Shown piece by piece: positions 48,557 through 59,472 of a stretch of 64,000 bases of DNA. Origin of the DNA: Paraphysomonas bandaiensis. Lineage: Eukaryota; Protista; Chrysophyceae. Position 1 is the first letter of the stretch; each line of letters starts with the position of its first letter. The translations under genes and the position numbers were made by a program. The DNA lies in contig CBFFRP010000435.1 in the NCBI GenBank assembly GCA_965644295.1, positions 201,486 to 265,485 of the forward strand, read 5' to 3'. Below the pieces are notes generated by a model, which saw only the letters and a list, made by a program, of their open reading frames with translations, searched no databases and was not told the DNA's origin.

Positions 48557-49537
48557 ATAGATGTAACCACACAGTCTCCTAAACTCCTTCTCCGCATCCT
48601 CATATAATCTAGGATTTACGGGTCTTGCCTTCGGCTTGATCCTAGGAGGCAAATTCTCAGCGAACTTGATGTTCAACGGATCCACTCCTTTTATACCTTC
48701 CCACCGCTCTGGAACAAATACCTCTACTCCCTTAGTCCTCAATAACTCCAGCACCGGTCGCGCTGCTGAGAACTCTGGAGACACGTGCTCACCAAACATA
48801 TCCTCGAACTCGCTCAAAGCTTCCTCTCTAGTCTTTCCAAGAAAACTTGAGGCAAATCCGAACTGCGAAGGGTCCGGAACATCCAATTCTTCAGGTGCTA
48901 CCTCCCTACTACTGTCACACCACGGCTGCAATAATTCTTCAACCGCATTCAACAACAAATCATCCTCGGTAACATCGTCCTCACGCCTTTTAATAAAACT
49001 TACTTCTGATTCAATTCGTTCAATAGTCCTTCCTTTAAGCATAAATAGAAAATAATCCCATAGATCCTTAACGATAGCCGGAAGTCCAATGATAATATCG
49101 TTGCTACCCATATCAGCAACAATGAAATCCCCGTCATATAACACGAACTCTCCCTTGGAGTCTTCTCTCTCAAACCTCAATTTTAATTTCACTACAAAAC
49201 TACACTTCATTCTCGACGTTTTATCGGCAAATCCTATAACTGTTTCTTTTTTTATGACTTTGTTTTCACACACATGATTTCTAAACGTCTCAAACAAATC
49301 CTTGGAAATGAAGTTAGATGTTAGGGCTCCAGTGTCGAACAATATTCCACGCACAGATATTATATAGTTATCATCACATACAATGCTTCCCCCAGAATGA
49401 GCCAATGTCAAGTCTTTTCGTTCTCGCGTATTACAGACATTCATCAAATTTCTGAGGAAAACTCGACTAACAGTCTCAGGATCATTCAAACCGTACAATA
49501 TTTCTTCGTGATCCTGCGAACCATTAGCCTCGCACAT
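48557..49537 (-). CDS. Gypsy aspartic protease and pre-RT region
   Basis: LFDTGA, DIIIGLP, PKARPVNP..EKEFRRLCGYIYV, then cut by the family-B LTR. Confidence 0.85.
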
Positions 49538-49540
49538 TTG

Positions 49541-51010
49541 TCAAGTCACTCCACCAGGCCTCGGCAAAATCTTTCGCGGCCCTTTGGAATCATCTGCCAT
49601 CATCTGAGACAGCTTCTTCATCATCCATTTCCGGGTTTCCGTTGCAACTGCTCCATTATGACCCTGGACATGCTTACATTCCTTCCCTTTGTAGCAGTTC
49701 CCATACAACGCATACGCAACGCAACCACGGGTTGGATTAACAGTCTTCTCTAGGTTCATCACCTGTTCTATAGCTTCCTTATCAGACTCTGGTTCGCCGA
49801 GCAACATCTCCTCAACCTCATTCTCGAAATCATCATCTGACATCCCGTCATCCTTGACCACAACTATCGGGTCAACCTCCTTGTCATCTAAATCACTGTA
49901 GAAATCATCCTCAACTCGGTCCGCAAACTGCACGTTGTTTAAAGATTTCGGTTTCTCCTTTGCAACGTATCCATTGTCCCGATTCCTCGAACTCCTTTGA
50001 ATTTGCTTCCTACTGAAATCGGACCCTTCATAAGGCACCAATCTGATGTTCTTGGACGCCTCATAATGCTCACTCGCCTTGGAAACGTATGTATCCAGAA
50101 ACTCTTCAACATTACCATAATTAGTATCCGTCACCCTTGGAATCTCAGCCAGAACTCGTTTGTTGTAAGACTCGTCGATCAACTCCAAAAATACTTGAGC
50201 CGATCCAAACTCTTTTCCTCCAACCGGCGGACACTTAGTACTATTGGCCTCCATCATGATAGTAAACGTACGCATAAAAATACTCTTTCGCTTCAAAATC
50301 TCTTGAAAAAACAGCTCATGTGTATTCGGCCGCACTGATTTCCAATCCAGTGGCTTAAAATATCTCAGCGCGTATCGCAAAGTCTCAATGAACTCCACTT
50401 TGGACAACACCTTGGTCTCCTTAGCCATCATCTCACAGAATTTCTGAGCACTCAACTTAACAAACATTTTATCCGTCAAGCTATTGTTGAACATAAGCAG
50501 GTTCCGAACACGCCTGCTAACTATCTGGGCTGGCTCAAGCTTAATCCCATTGATCTGTTCATATTCAAACCATTGGATGATAAACTTTGTAAAATCACTA
50601 AGCTCCATCGAATCCAGAAAAATATGCTTATGGGATGGCTTTTCAACATTGATGATGACATGCTTTGGAACCTCCATTCCCTCTGAAGACTCAGCCTCCC
50701 TCATGAATACAGATGTCCTTCGCTCTTTCTTCTTGCCTTTGTCGTCGGCAGCCCTGCCACTCTCTCTGGTATGTCCCTGCTGCTCTTCACGCTGGTCACG
50801 GATGGCCTCATCTACTTCCTTCTGAGCTTCCTCCAGCTCATTAACTAAAACTTCTTCATTAATAGACATTCTGGACTCCAGATTATCTACCCTACTGGCA
50901 GTTGCTACACACAACTTAGTGACGTTCTCCAAATTGAGAGCAATTCCCCGTAACATTTCCTTAACTTCATCTAACTCAGATGAACCAACAGGACCCTCCG
51001 AATCAGACAT
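49541..51010 (-). CDS. Gypsy Gag-like protein with coiled coil and C-terminal CCCH-type finger
   Basis: 489-aa ORF immediately upstream of and in frame with the protease; C-x8-C-x5-C-x5-H (CVAYALYGNCYKGKECKHVQGH). Confidence 0.8.
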   Translation of the reverse strand: MSDSEGPVGSSELDEVKEMLRGIALNLENVTKLCVATASRVDNLESRMSINEEVLVNELEEAQKEVDEAIRDQREEQQGHTRESGRAADDKGKKKERRTSVFMREAESSEGMEVPKHVIINVEKPSHKHIFLDSMELSDFTKFIIQWFEYEQINGIKLEPAQIVSRRVRNLLMFNNSLTDKMFVKLSAQKFCEMMAKETKVLSKVEFIETLRYALRYFKPLDWKSVRPNTHELFFQEILKRKSIFMRTFTIMMEANSTKCPPVGGKEFGSAQVFLELIDESYNKRVLAEIPRVTDTNYGNVEEFLDTYVSKASEHYEASKNIRLVPYEGSDFSRKQIQRSSRNRDNGYVAKEKPKSLNNVQFADRVEDDFYSDLDDKEVDPIVVVKDDGMSDDDFENEVEEMLLGEPESDKEAIEQVMNLEKTVNPTRGCVAYALYGNCYKGKECKHVQGHNGAVATETRKWMMKKLSQMMADDSKGPRKILPRPGGVT

Positions 51011-51763
51011 TTCGATATATATCTATAAACTACAATAATGATATCTTCACTTACGTGTTTTACCGTGAGTAAATTTACTATGAACAACTCAGGTCTTGCA
51101 ACCTAAGATCACTGAAAAGATATGAAATGGTTGTTTATCGAAACAACAAAACAGAAAGCTATAATAATAACTCTTTAAGAAACCAACAGCCAGAAACACA
51201 AGCTCCCCTGTATCCTGCAATCTAAAGCTCCCAATAGACAGATCAGTCAACCAACTATGTTAATTTCATAGAGAATTATTATTAAAACTAAGTTACAAGC
51301 GAAACAAAAGACAGACCCCTCTAGTCTAAAGACTCCTCCTCATACACAGGACATTGAATGCAACCACAACCGTACAATGTGCTCATACATGTACTACACT
51401 ACATACGATTCTTATCCTACATCGTTTATAGTCAAAAACTCCCTGAAATACGCCTAAATAGGTCCTTTCCAAAAAACTCCGATTTTTGAGTCCAAAAACC
51501 CAAAAATCCCCAATTTTTTGAGAATTGCAGAAAATCGCCGATTTTCGAGCCACAAACACCCAAAAATGACAATATTCGATTCCACAAAAATTGCAAGCAC
51601 ATTTCATGACAACGTGAAATACACAATCGCCAACTCATGCATAATACCGACAAAATGCAATCGGGTTCAAAAGCTTACAATCGAACGGTTAAATATCATT
51701 TCCTTGCAAGAGTGTGTACTTTAGACTGGACCATACAAATACACTCATATTCAGATCACTAAC

Positions 51764-52561
51764 ATGCCCATGACACCTCTGCATCTGCGTCCAATGGCAC
51801 CTTACGAATTCCTCCCCATTCCGGAGAAAATCAACGGAGAGTGGCAATGGAGGAACATACGTATAGTTTACACCAAAACATTGGGAAAACATCTGCAAAT
51901 ACTGAATCCCCGCAAAGGCTTGCTGATACCATACGTAGGGACATTAATCACGGAATCTCAGTATCTGACTAGGCTCAAGAATCCATCACGACGACCTAGT
52001 CCCGACTACCTGCTGGATATAGATGGTGAGATGTTCCTTGATGGCAATCCTGACCATATGACGAACGCACCAGGCTGCTACCCGGCATCGTACCTAAATG
52101 AGCCAGCAGAAGGTACCAATGCCTTGTTCAACTGCCAAATAGTCCTACTCCGGAAATCGGATTATCCGGACATGCCCGAATACCTATATATGCCCGAATG
52201 TGACATAGTCCCCTTCGTCGAATGGATGACCGATATTCCGCGCTCCATGAGAGGTCAATGGCAAACCGGATGGCTGGTATATTCCTCGAACAAGAAGTCC
52301 CACAAAACTGCTCGTAAACCATATACACCCAAAGAGTTCATCTCCGCCAACTGTGGACCTTCCTGGAAAACCCACTGGACAAGTAACTATGTATCCCATG
52401 AGGCCAAACAGCTGAACGAGCGGGCCTATGAGGAAAGATCCTCTGCACCTTCAGCTACTAAGCGTAAGAGCCTAAGACCCTTTCCTCCGAACCAGACTGG
52501 AATCGTTCGTTCCCACCGCCGGAGCCTTCGGAAATATAAAAGCCGCGTCCACGAGGGTTGA
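51764..52561 (+). CDS. Divergent SET-domain-like protein within retroelement A1 (antisense to gag)
   Basis: LGKHL..KGLLIPYVGTLI, YLL..FLDG, ASYLNEP..NC and TDI..WLVY are ordered like SET motifs GxG/EYxG, IDA, RFINH..PNC and RDI..ELxxDY. Basic C-terminus (KRKSLR, RRSLRK). Confidence 0.6.
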   Translation: MPMTPLHLRPMAPYEFLPIPEKINGEWQWRNIRIVYTKTLGKHLQILNPRKGLLIPYVGTLITESQYLTRLKNPSRRPSPDYLLDIDGEMFLDGNPDHMTNAPGCYPASYLNEPAEGTNALFNCQIVLLRKSDYPDMPEYLYMPECDIVPFVEWMTDIPRSMRGQWQTGWLVYSSNKKSHKTARKPYTPKEFISANCGPSWKTHWTSNYVSHEAKQLNERAYEERSSAPSATKRKSLRPFPPNQTGIVRSHRRSLRKYKSRVHEG

Positions 52562-52706
52562 AAATCCGTTTGATTGTTTTGCCGTATAACTAATAAACTA
52601 TTATTTCTAAAATCTTATTTCCATATCTTGCATTAGCCTGCTACTAGATTATATTATTTATGATATTAAACTTACCAAGGGTGTTATAAAAGCCCACGGC
52701 TTTACA

Positions 52707-54012
52707 ATGCGTCTGAGAGGGTATATTTACGTAAAAAGTTCATCACCCTGGGCTTCATGTCTCACAGTGGCCCCTAAGGCGACTAAGCCGTTTATCAGAC
52801 TATGTGGTGACTATCGAATCATCAATAAATATATGGAGATCCCACATTACTATATTCCGAATGTGCGTCATCAGCTGGATCGTATTATTGAGTATGAAAT
52901 CTTCCTAGACATTGATCTAACGAACGCATTCCACCAGATACCCGTGACTGAGCAAACCTCGGCCAAACTATCGATTCAGACCCCATGGGGTCAATTCCAG
53001 CCGTTATATGTTCCTGAGGGTATAGGACCGGGCAGTGGAAAGCTTCAACAAACTATTATGGAATTATTTGGTGATTTTGACTGGGCTATATGTCTGTTCG
53101 ACAACGTTTTAATATTGGCAAAGGATTATGATGATGCGTATAGGAAGCTCGACTTGTTCCTTGATCGTTGCATTGAACACAGCGTTGTATTGAAATTTGC
53201 TAAGACATGGTTAGGGAAAAGAGAAGTTCATTTTTTTGGTTACAATTGCAGACATCATTCGTATGAGTTGACCAATGATAGGAAGGAAGCTATTTTGAAA
53301 ATTCCTTTTCCGGAGAGTGGGAATCGTCAGAAAAAGGTGAGGTCAATGCTGGGTATGGGTGTGTTCTTTGCGCCATTTGTTGAGAACTACAAGGACAAGG
53401 TGAAGCATTTGACGGACCTTACAAAGCAAGATTTTAATTGGGACGAAACCACGTGGAAAATAGATTATAGGCAGGAATGGGAGGACTATAAAACTGGACT
53501 TCAAGAGGCTTGTTCAGTCTTTTACCCAGACTACGAATTGGAGTGGTTCTTGCGTACGGATGCTAGTGAGTTCGGTATTGGAGCAGTCCTATTCCAAGTA
53601 AAACGCCTCGAAAATGGTGAAGTTTTATACCAAGTTATAGCCATGTGTTCAAAGAAATTTTCACCTGAAGCTATGAGATGGTCAACAATTGAGCAAGAAG
53701 GATATGCCATCTTTTATGCGGTGAGACATTTTGCGTATTACCTGATTGGGAAACACTTCATCGTCCAGACAGACCATAACAATCTAAGATGGATGGAGGC
53801 GTCAGAAGTGCCGAAAATAGTCAGATGGAGAGTTTATCTACAATCGTTTGATTTTGTTGTACAACATATCAGTGGAAGAGAAAATACTGTGGCCGACGCC
53901 CTATCGCGTTTATTTATGATCTCCATGGATGATTCGGATCATGATAGAACAATGGGTGAAGAGGATAGTGATGATGATTGGACATTCCACGCCCTCATGA
54001 ACGTATTCGACC
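52707..54012 (+). CDS. Gypsy A2 pol, RT + RNase H segment
   Basis: SPWAS, RLCGDYR, DLTNAFHQI, LFDN in place of YxDD, TDASEFGIGAVL, EQE, TDHNNL, NTVADALSR. Confidence 0.93.
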
Positions 54013-57000
54013 TGTAGTTGTTCTTAAGAACAACGTATGCTCAAGCAAAAACAACACTGATCTACAACGTTTTAAAAAGATTTTAAGTGCACGCCAGCGG
54101 GCTGCTACACTGTTGAACTCACCAGCGGGTGATGTTCCTCAACTCAGACGCAAACCGCGAAAGAATTTATATAAATCGTTATTTAAAACGTGTAATAGAA
54201 AAGTGAGTAACACTGCTATACAACTCTACAGTAACACACACACACAACATCATGTTCAGCATTTCACTTCAGCACACAACACACCAGATCAGAAGTATTT
54301 TATCCGGTACGTATGTACAGCTTCAACACTCCGTGTATACACTGAAAGAGTAGAAACTGAATATGTAACTGAAAACTGAAAATACAAAAACACTCTGTAC
54401 GTGTTAGAGAGTACAACAGAAGAGTAACATATAATACTACTACCAACGCAGAAAATAACCAGTACTGCGTTACACTACCCTCTTTCCCCCCAGCTGGAGA
54501 AATTAGATTGTGAATACAGACTGTGATTCATGTATGCAAATACTTAAATCAGCCATACTAGATAGCGTCATTCTAAGTATAAACAAACAAAATCAGATTT
54601 AAACAGATATTGAGAATAAACTAGATAGACAAGGTAGTATGATATAATAGAAATAAAAGAATATTGCAAATATTATCATATAATATAATAGAAGAATAAA
54701 ACCTGTTTACAAGAGTATATCAGGAAAACTCTTGCAAAACTCCGCATCGACAAGCACCTGAACGCCATCAATCTGCTGTTTCCGCATTCGTAGTCGTTGT
54801 TGTTTAGCAAGAAAAACTTAACATGGCAGTAACAACATCCTCGTATCGATAACAGATTTCACTCATTTAAATAGCACACCGCAGTAAAAGTAGACGATAC
54901 TGAATTCTCAAATACGGTATAAGATATATGGATTAACTTTTGCCTTATATTGTATCCAATAACCAAATGAGAAATTCGTAGAAGAATTGGTCATTTAAGT
55001 AACACTTTCCCACATTTCAATAAAATTAGAGACATGCATCCGATCATCATAAACTTCACGCAATACCAACTTTAAGAAATGCGCTTCAACTACTCGTATA
55101 CTCGCTCAATTCACACAATGTTTTTTGACACAATCGAATATCCACGTTGAAATAGTAATGAAAAAAGAACACACTAGTATTCATCGAGATATAAGAAATT
55201 TACCATCAACAACGCATTGAGATACTCCGAGTCATAACAATAATATCACCAGGAAAATATATTTCACCATGATGAATTGTCCATCAATCAATTACAGAGT
55301 AAACTTTAGAAGTACAAAAAGTAACTCCGTTAAGAACTCATTGCAACAACATATCAATTTCATGAGAAAGAATCAAGTCAAAAGACAGACTCCCTTATGA
55401 AATATAGATACTTCCCACTGTGTATGTAAAACCAAAGAGACACTTTCATCAACTCATTGACCCTCGTAACGACATTTCAAACATCTTATTCGCACTAACC
55501 AGAACCAGATTTTAGAAATGAATAACATTTGGGTAACATAAGACGATCAAATATGATTTATTTCACCTTGGCAACTCGACTAGTTAATCTTCACGTATAT
55601 GGAAATTTTCCCATTGAAATACAAATAACTTGAGAATAACTCAGACCACATGGAATATCTAAGTTGAAAGTTCAAAATTTCCAAGATACAGATCAAAAAA
55701 TTGTAAACCAGAACACAATTACATAACCAGGAATACAAGTATAAAGTGAATCAAAGGAACAATAACCTTAGAAAGAATCTGGACAAATATCCACCGAATA
55801 CTCGTAACAACGAACGTAATTGAACAATAATACAGTCAAGTTTTAACCTTGTTGTAACCAGACAACATATGTCACAGCAACGCTATATAACTCTCATTTC
55901 ACTCATCATAAATATTGAACCGAGTTCACAAAATAACTTGATAACTCTCTTATTCCGAATGCAAATCCATAATATCAACAACCAGAACTACACAAACTCC
56001 ATAACACATACTTAAAATTCAGCTTCCTGAATTTAATATGAACTCCTCAACTTTCGGAAATTCAACTCAAACTTTAACTCTGACAACATTCTGACACCAA
56101 ACCTTCACAAGTTGAAAGTAAACTCAAAATGCTCTCAAAACATTACAAAAGTAAGTTCGCTCAAACAACACCATAATATGTTGATTCAGGCACTTGGACT
56201 CAACATTGTTGGCACATTTGTAACTTTGAATGTAAAACTGTGTATCAAGATCAGCAATCACTCCTCACTAAAGAAAAAAGCACCAATAATACTTTTCATC
56301 TTTATAATCACACACTTCCTTAATTCCATAGTGTTAAAAGCCTCAAACCTCAAATTTCAAACATGAACAACAAGTTCACACATTCCGAATGTCAAACAAT
56401 CTGATACAGTTTATTTGAACAATTGAACATGTTCCACTTTTAGAATACCGAGAATACTTGAAACCTCTCAAATATTCTTAAAGAATAATTGCACCATACG
56501 ATTGCCTCAAATTTCTTGTATCACCATTGGAATAAGACACACATAACTGAAGCTTCTAAGTGTCATATATAACCAAATTTGTATAACAAGAAGATACAAA
56601 AGAAATCCACCATCATCATCATACCAATTTCTGTCTAGGTCTAGAAAACTCAACTTTGACAAGAAGTCATGAATTCGTATATGATAAAATCAATCCATCC
56701 TCACGGTTTAGAACGAAAACATTTAATTCCACTGTGTAGATTTAACCCATACATTACCAGAATATTTCGATCTCAATATCAATGAATAATCATCAACACC
56801 ATAAACCAAAACTTATAGCGAGAATCATTTAATCGTTCACATAATCACTGATGAAATAAGCTCTGACAAGAATAATAGTATAATCTGAAAGTTTATGAAA
56901 ACATTCGATATAACACTCCATAATTGCAACTTGATATCCATCTCAGGAAAACTCTTGTCAAACTTAATCCTAATTTGATCATTGTAAATATCACCAAATC

Positions 57001-59472
57001 AATCAATAACTACCCATAGAATTCAAACATGTCACTACATAAAACAACTTTTAACCCACGTAAGCATTTTCTGAACGCTGCTACTCGTAATACAAGACAT
57101 CAGACTCAAGAACTCAAAACTCTTCTCCCAATCAAATACCAATCAATTCCGTCTGAATATATACTAAGATAGTACACTGGTCTTATATTAGTAACCATAG
57201 GTTAGTATCAATTTTCCTCAAAATAACACTAGAATATTATTGAAGATATTGCCATTCCATTGAAAACAATTCATTTGGAACCATTCCATCCATTTGAATT
57301 AGATGACACTTTGGTCAAACACTAAGTTAAATCTCAACAAGGCTTCTCAATTATTGAATCTCAGGGATGATCGATAGAATTTCTCCGATTAACCAAAAAT
57401 TAGAAAACTAATCTCATCAACCTCATCAACGCAAATCAATGAACCTCATACAAGATATGCAGTTGAATACCCCAAAACAGAAATATATATCCACCATATA
57501 GCAAAATCTTGATAACTTCCCTGAATATTGAATCACATCCTTTCTAGATTCAAACTTCCATTCGAACCAAATTTTAAATTCAAAACCAACAACAGTAGGT
57601 AAATCAAACTGATTCATTGAACTTCATCCCTTTCAAAGTTCTAGGGACTATGAAACCATCTTACAACTTTCAACAACACAACTTCAAAGAAACTTTGATG
57701 TTCTCAAACTGTTCACTCACTCGCAGACATTAATTATTGAAATACCTCAGCATAACAATCGCAACTTTTCGTAAACAAGTTGATAGGTTTAACCACTCAC
57801 TCTCACTGCAACTCGTTAACTTGCTAGCCTTTGGTAGTATAAATCACCTTCATTTCGTTTAGGCAATAGATTGAACAACAGCTGAATAATATCTTGAATC
57901 AAGATATTGGTTAATTTGCCCAACTCAAGGTTACACTCAAAATACTTCAACACCATTATTTTTTCCAACAATACCGCATTATCAAGTGTATAACAATATG
58001 ATATAAATAAATAAAACATGATGAATATTGCATTATAATAAATTGTCTTGAAATAAAACATGCTCGCTGGAATTGGAAATAGAATTATAGAAAGTACAAG
58101 GGCGGGCCTGGCCCATGTTCCTCAATTGGCACCAGCTTTTGCATCAAGAGTTGCAATTTCTTGTCCTTCACAAGCAACTGACAAACAACGCATGCTGCAT
58201 ACTGCTTCGACAAGAAAACCAAACAATCTCTCATAAGTTTTCCCGTAACAGAATGATACCTTAACAGCATCAAAGAATTCAACACTGCATTAGATACTGA
58301 AAAAGGTACAACTGACATGCGCTCGAATACATCGGTAGCATCATCGGCAGTAGTCTCTTTTCCAAAGAAAATTGGAACATCATTCTCAGCATCAATAACA
58401 TCATCTTGAATAACTACTTGGAAATCAACAACCGAATCAAACGTCTCAAGTGAATTATTAGACTGCACACCATACTGCACAACTGAATCAACTAAATCAC
58501 TGACAACTTTCTGCACCGCATAACACTCATTATCAGTAAACTCCGAATCCTCACTGGCAATATCAGTAGACAACTCCTTAATTTCACCATCCACCTCAAC
58601 AACAACAATTGCATCACTGATAACAACATCTCGCACTGACACAACAGACTCAAGCTTAGTAAAATTAGAATCCACAACGCCAACACTTAATGACTGCTGC
58701 ACTGGTATTTCTGACAACTGATCAACTTGTATAATTTCTGAATTAGCTCTCGATGACCTTCCAGATCTCCTCTGATTGATCTCCTCAAGACTCAGTTGAA
58801 CATGCTCATTAAACACCTGCTGCTGACGAAAACGCTGTTCTATATCATCGAAACGCTGCTCCATATACTCACGTTGCTCACGCATATACTGCATCAGGTC
58901 TTCTAGAGTAAGCTCTGTCTTCGCATCTCCTTCTGCAGGCTCCATGACTCTTATAACAGTTCAAAGGGCTCAATAACACAATAAATGTTCTTATCAACTA
59001 GTAATATTACTGTAGTTGTTCTTAAGAACAACGTATGCTCAAGCAAAAACAACACTGATCTACAACGTTTTAAAAAGATTTTAAGTGCACGCCAGCGGGC
59101 TGCTACACTGTTGAACTCACCAGCGGGTGATGCTCCTCAACTCAGACGCAAACCGCGAAAGAATTTAAATAAATCGTTATTTAAAACGTGTAATAGAAAA
59201 GTGAGTAACACTGCTATACAACTCTACAGTAACACACACACACAACATCATGTTCAGCATTTCACTTCAGCACACAACACACCAGATCAGAAGTATTTTA
59301 TCCGGTACGTATGTACAGCTTCAACACTCCGTGTATACACTGAAAGAGTAGAAACTGAATATGTAACTGAAAACTGAAAATACAAAAACACTCTGTACGT
59401 GTTAGAGAGTACAACAGAAGAGTAACATATAATACTACTACCAACGCAGAAAATAACCAGTACTGCGTTACA
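54013..59472 (-). mobile_element. Non-autonomous LTR retroelement B (LARD-like), 5460 bp
   Basis: 462-bp LTRs 54013-54474 and 59011-59472 (TG...CA, about 2 differences), 4-bp TSD GACC, PPT GGGGGAAAGAGGGTAG at 54475-54490, no pol. Confidence 0.95.
58085..58945 (-). CDS. Gag-like/coiled-coil ORF of element B
   Basis: 286-aa ORF just downstream of the 5' LTR, N-terminal coiled coil (LEDLMQYMREQREYMEQRFDDIEQRF). Confidence 0.6.
   Translation of the reverse strand: MEPAEGDAKTELTLEDLMQYMREQREYMEQRFDDIEQRFRQQQVFNEHVQLSLEEINQRRSGRSSRANSEIIQVDQLSEIPVQQSLSVGVVDSNFTKLESVVSVRDVVISDAIVVVEVDGEIKELSTDIASEDSEFTDNECYAVQKVVSDLVDSVVQYGVQSNNSLETFDSVVDFQVVIQDDVIDAENDVPIFFGKETTADDATDVFERMSVVPFSVSNAVLNSLMLLRYHSVTGKLMRDCLVFLSKQYAACVVCQLLVKDKKLQLLMQKLVPIEEHGPGPPLYFL

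Larger units (their letters stand above)
48557..52706 (-). mobile_element. Gypsy element A1, 5' half (LTR/leader, gag, protease), truncated at the start of RT
   Basis: Minus-strand TGTAAAGCCGTG at 52706 resembles the LTR start TGTAAACCTGTG at 61188. Gag and DTGA protease ORFs follow. Confidence 0.8.

Noticed and set aside
53978-54379. Near-identical ~130-aa ORFs here and at 58985-59377
   Set aside because: They lie in the LTRs and take their start codons from unrelated flanks; the identity reflects LTR duplication.
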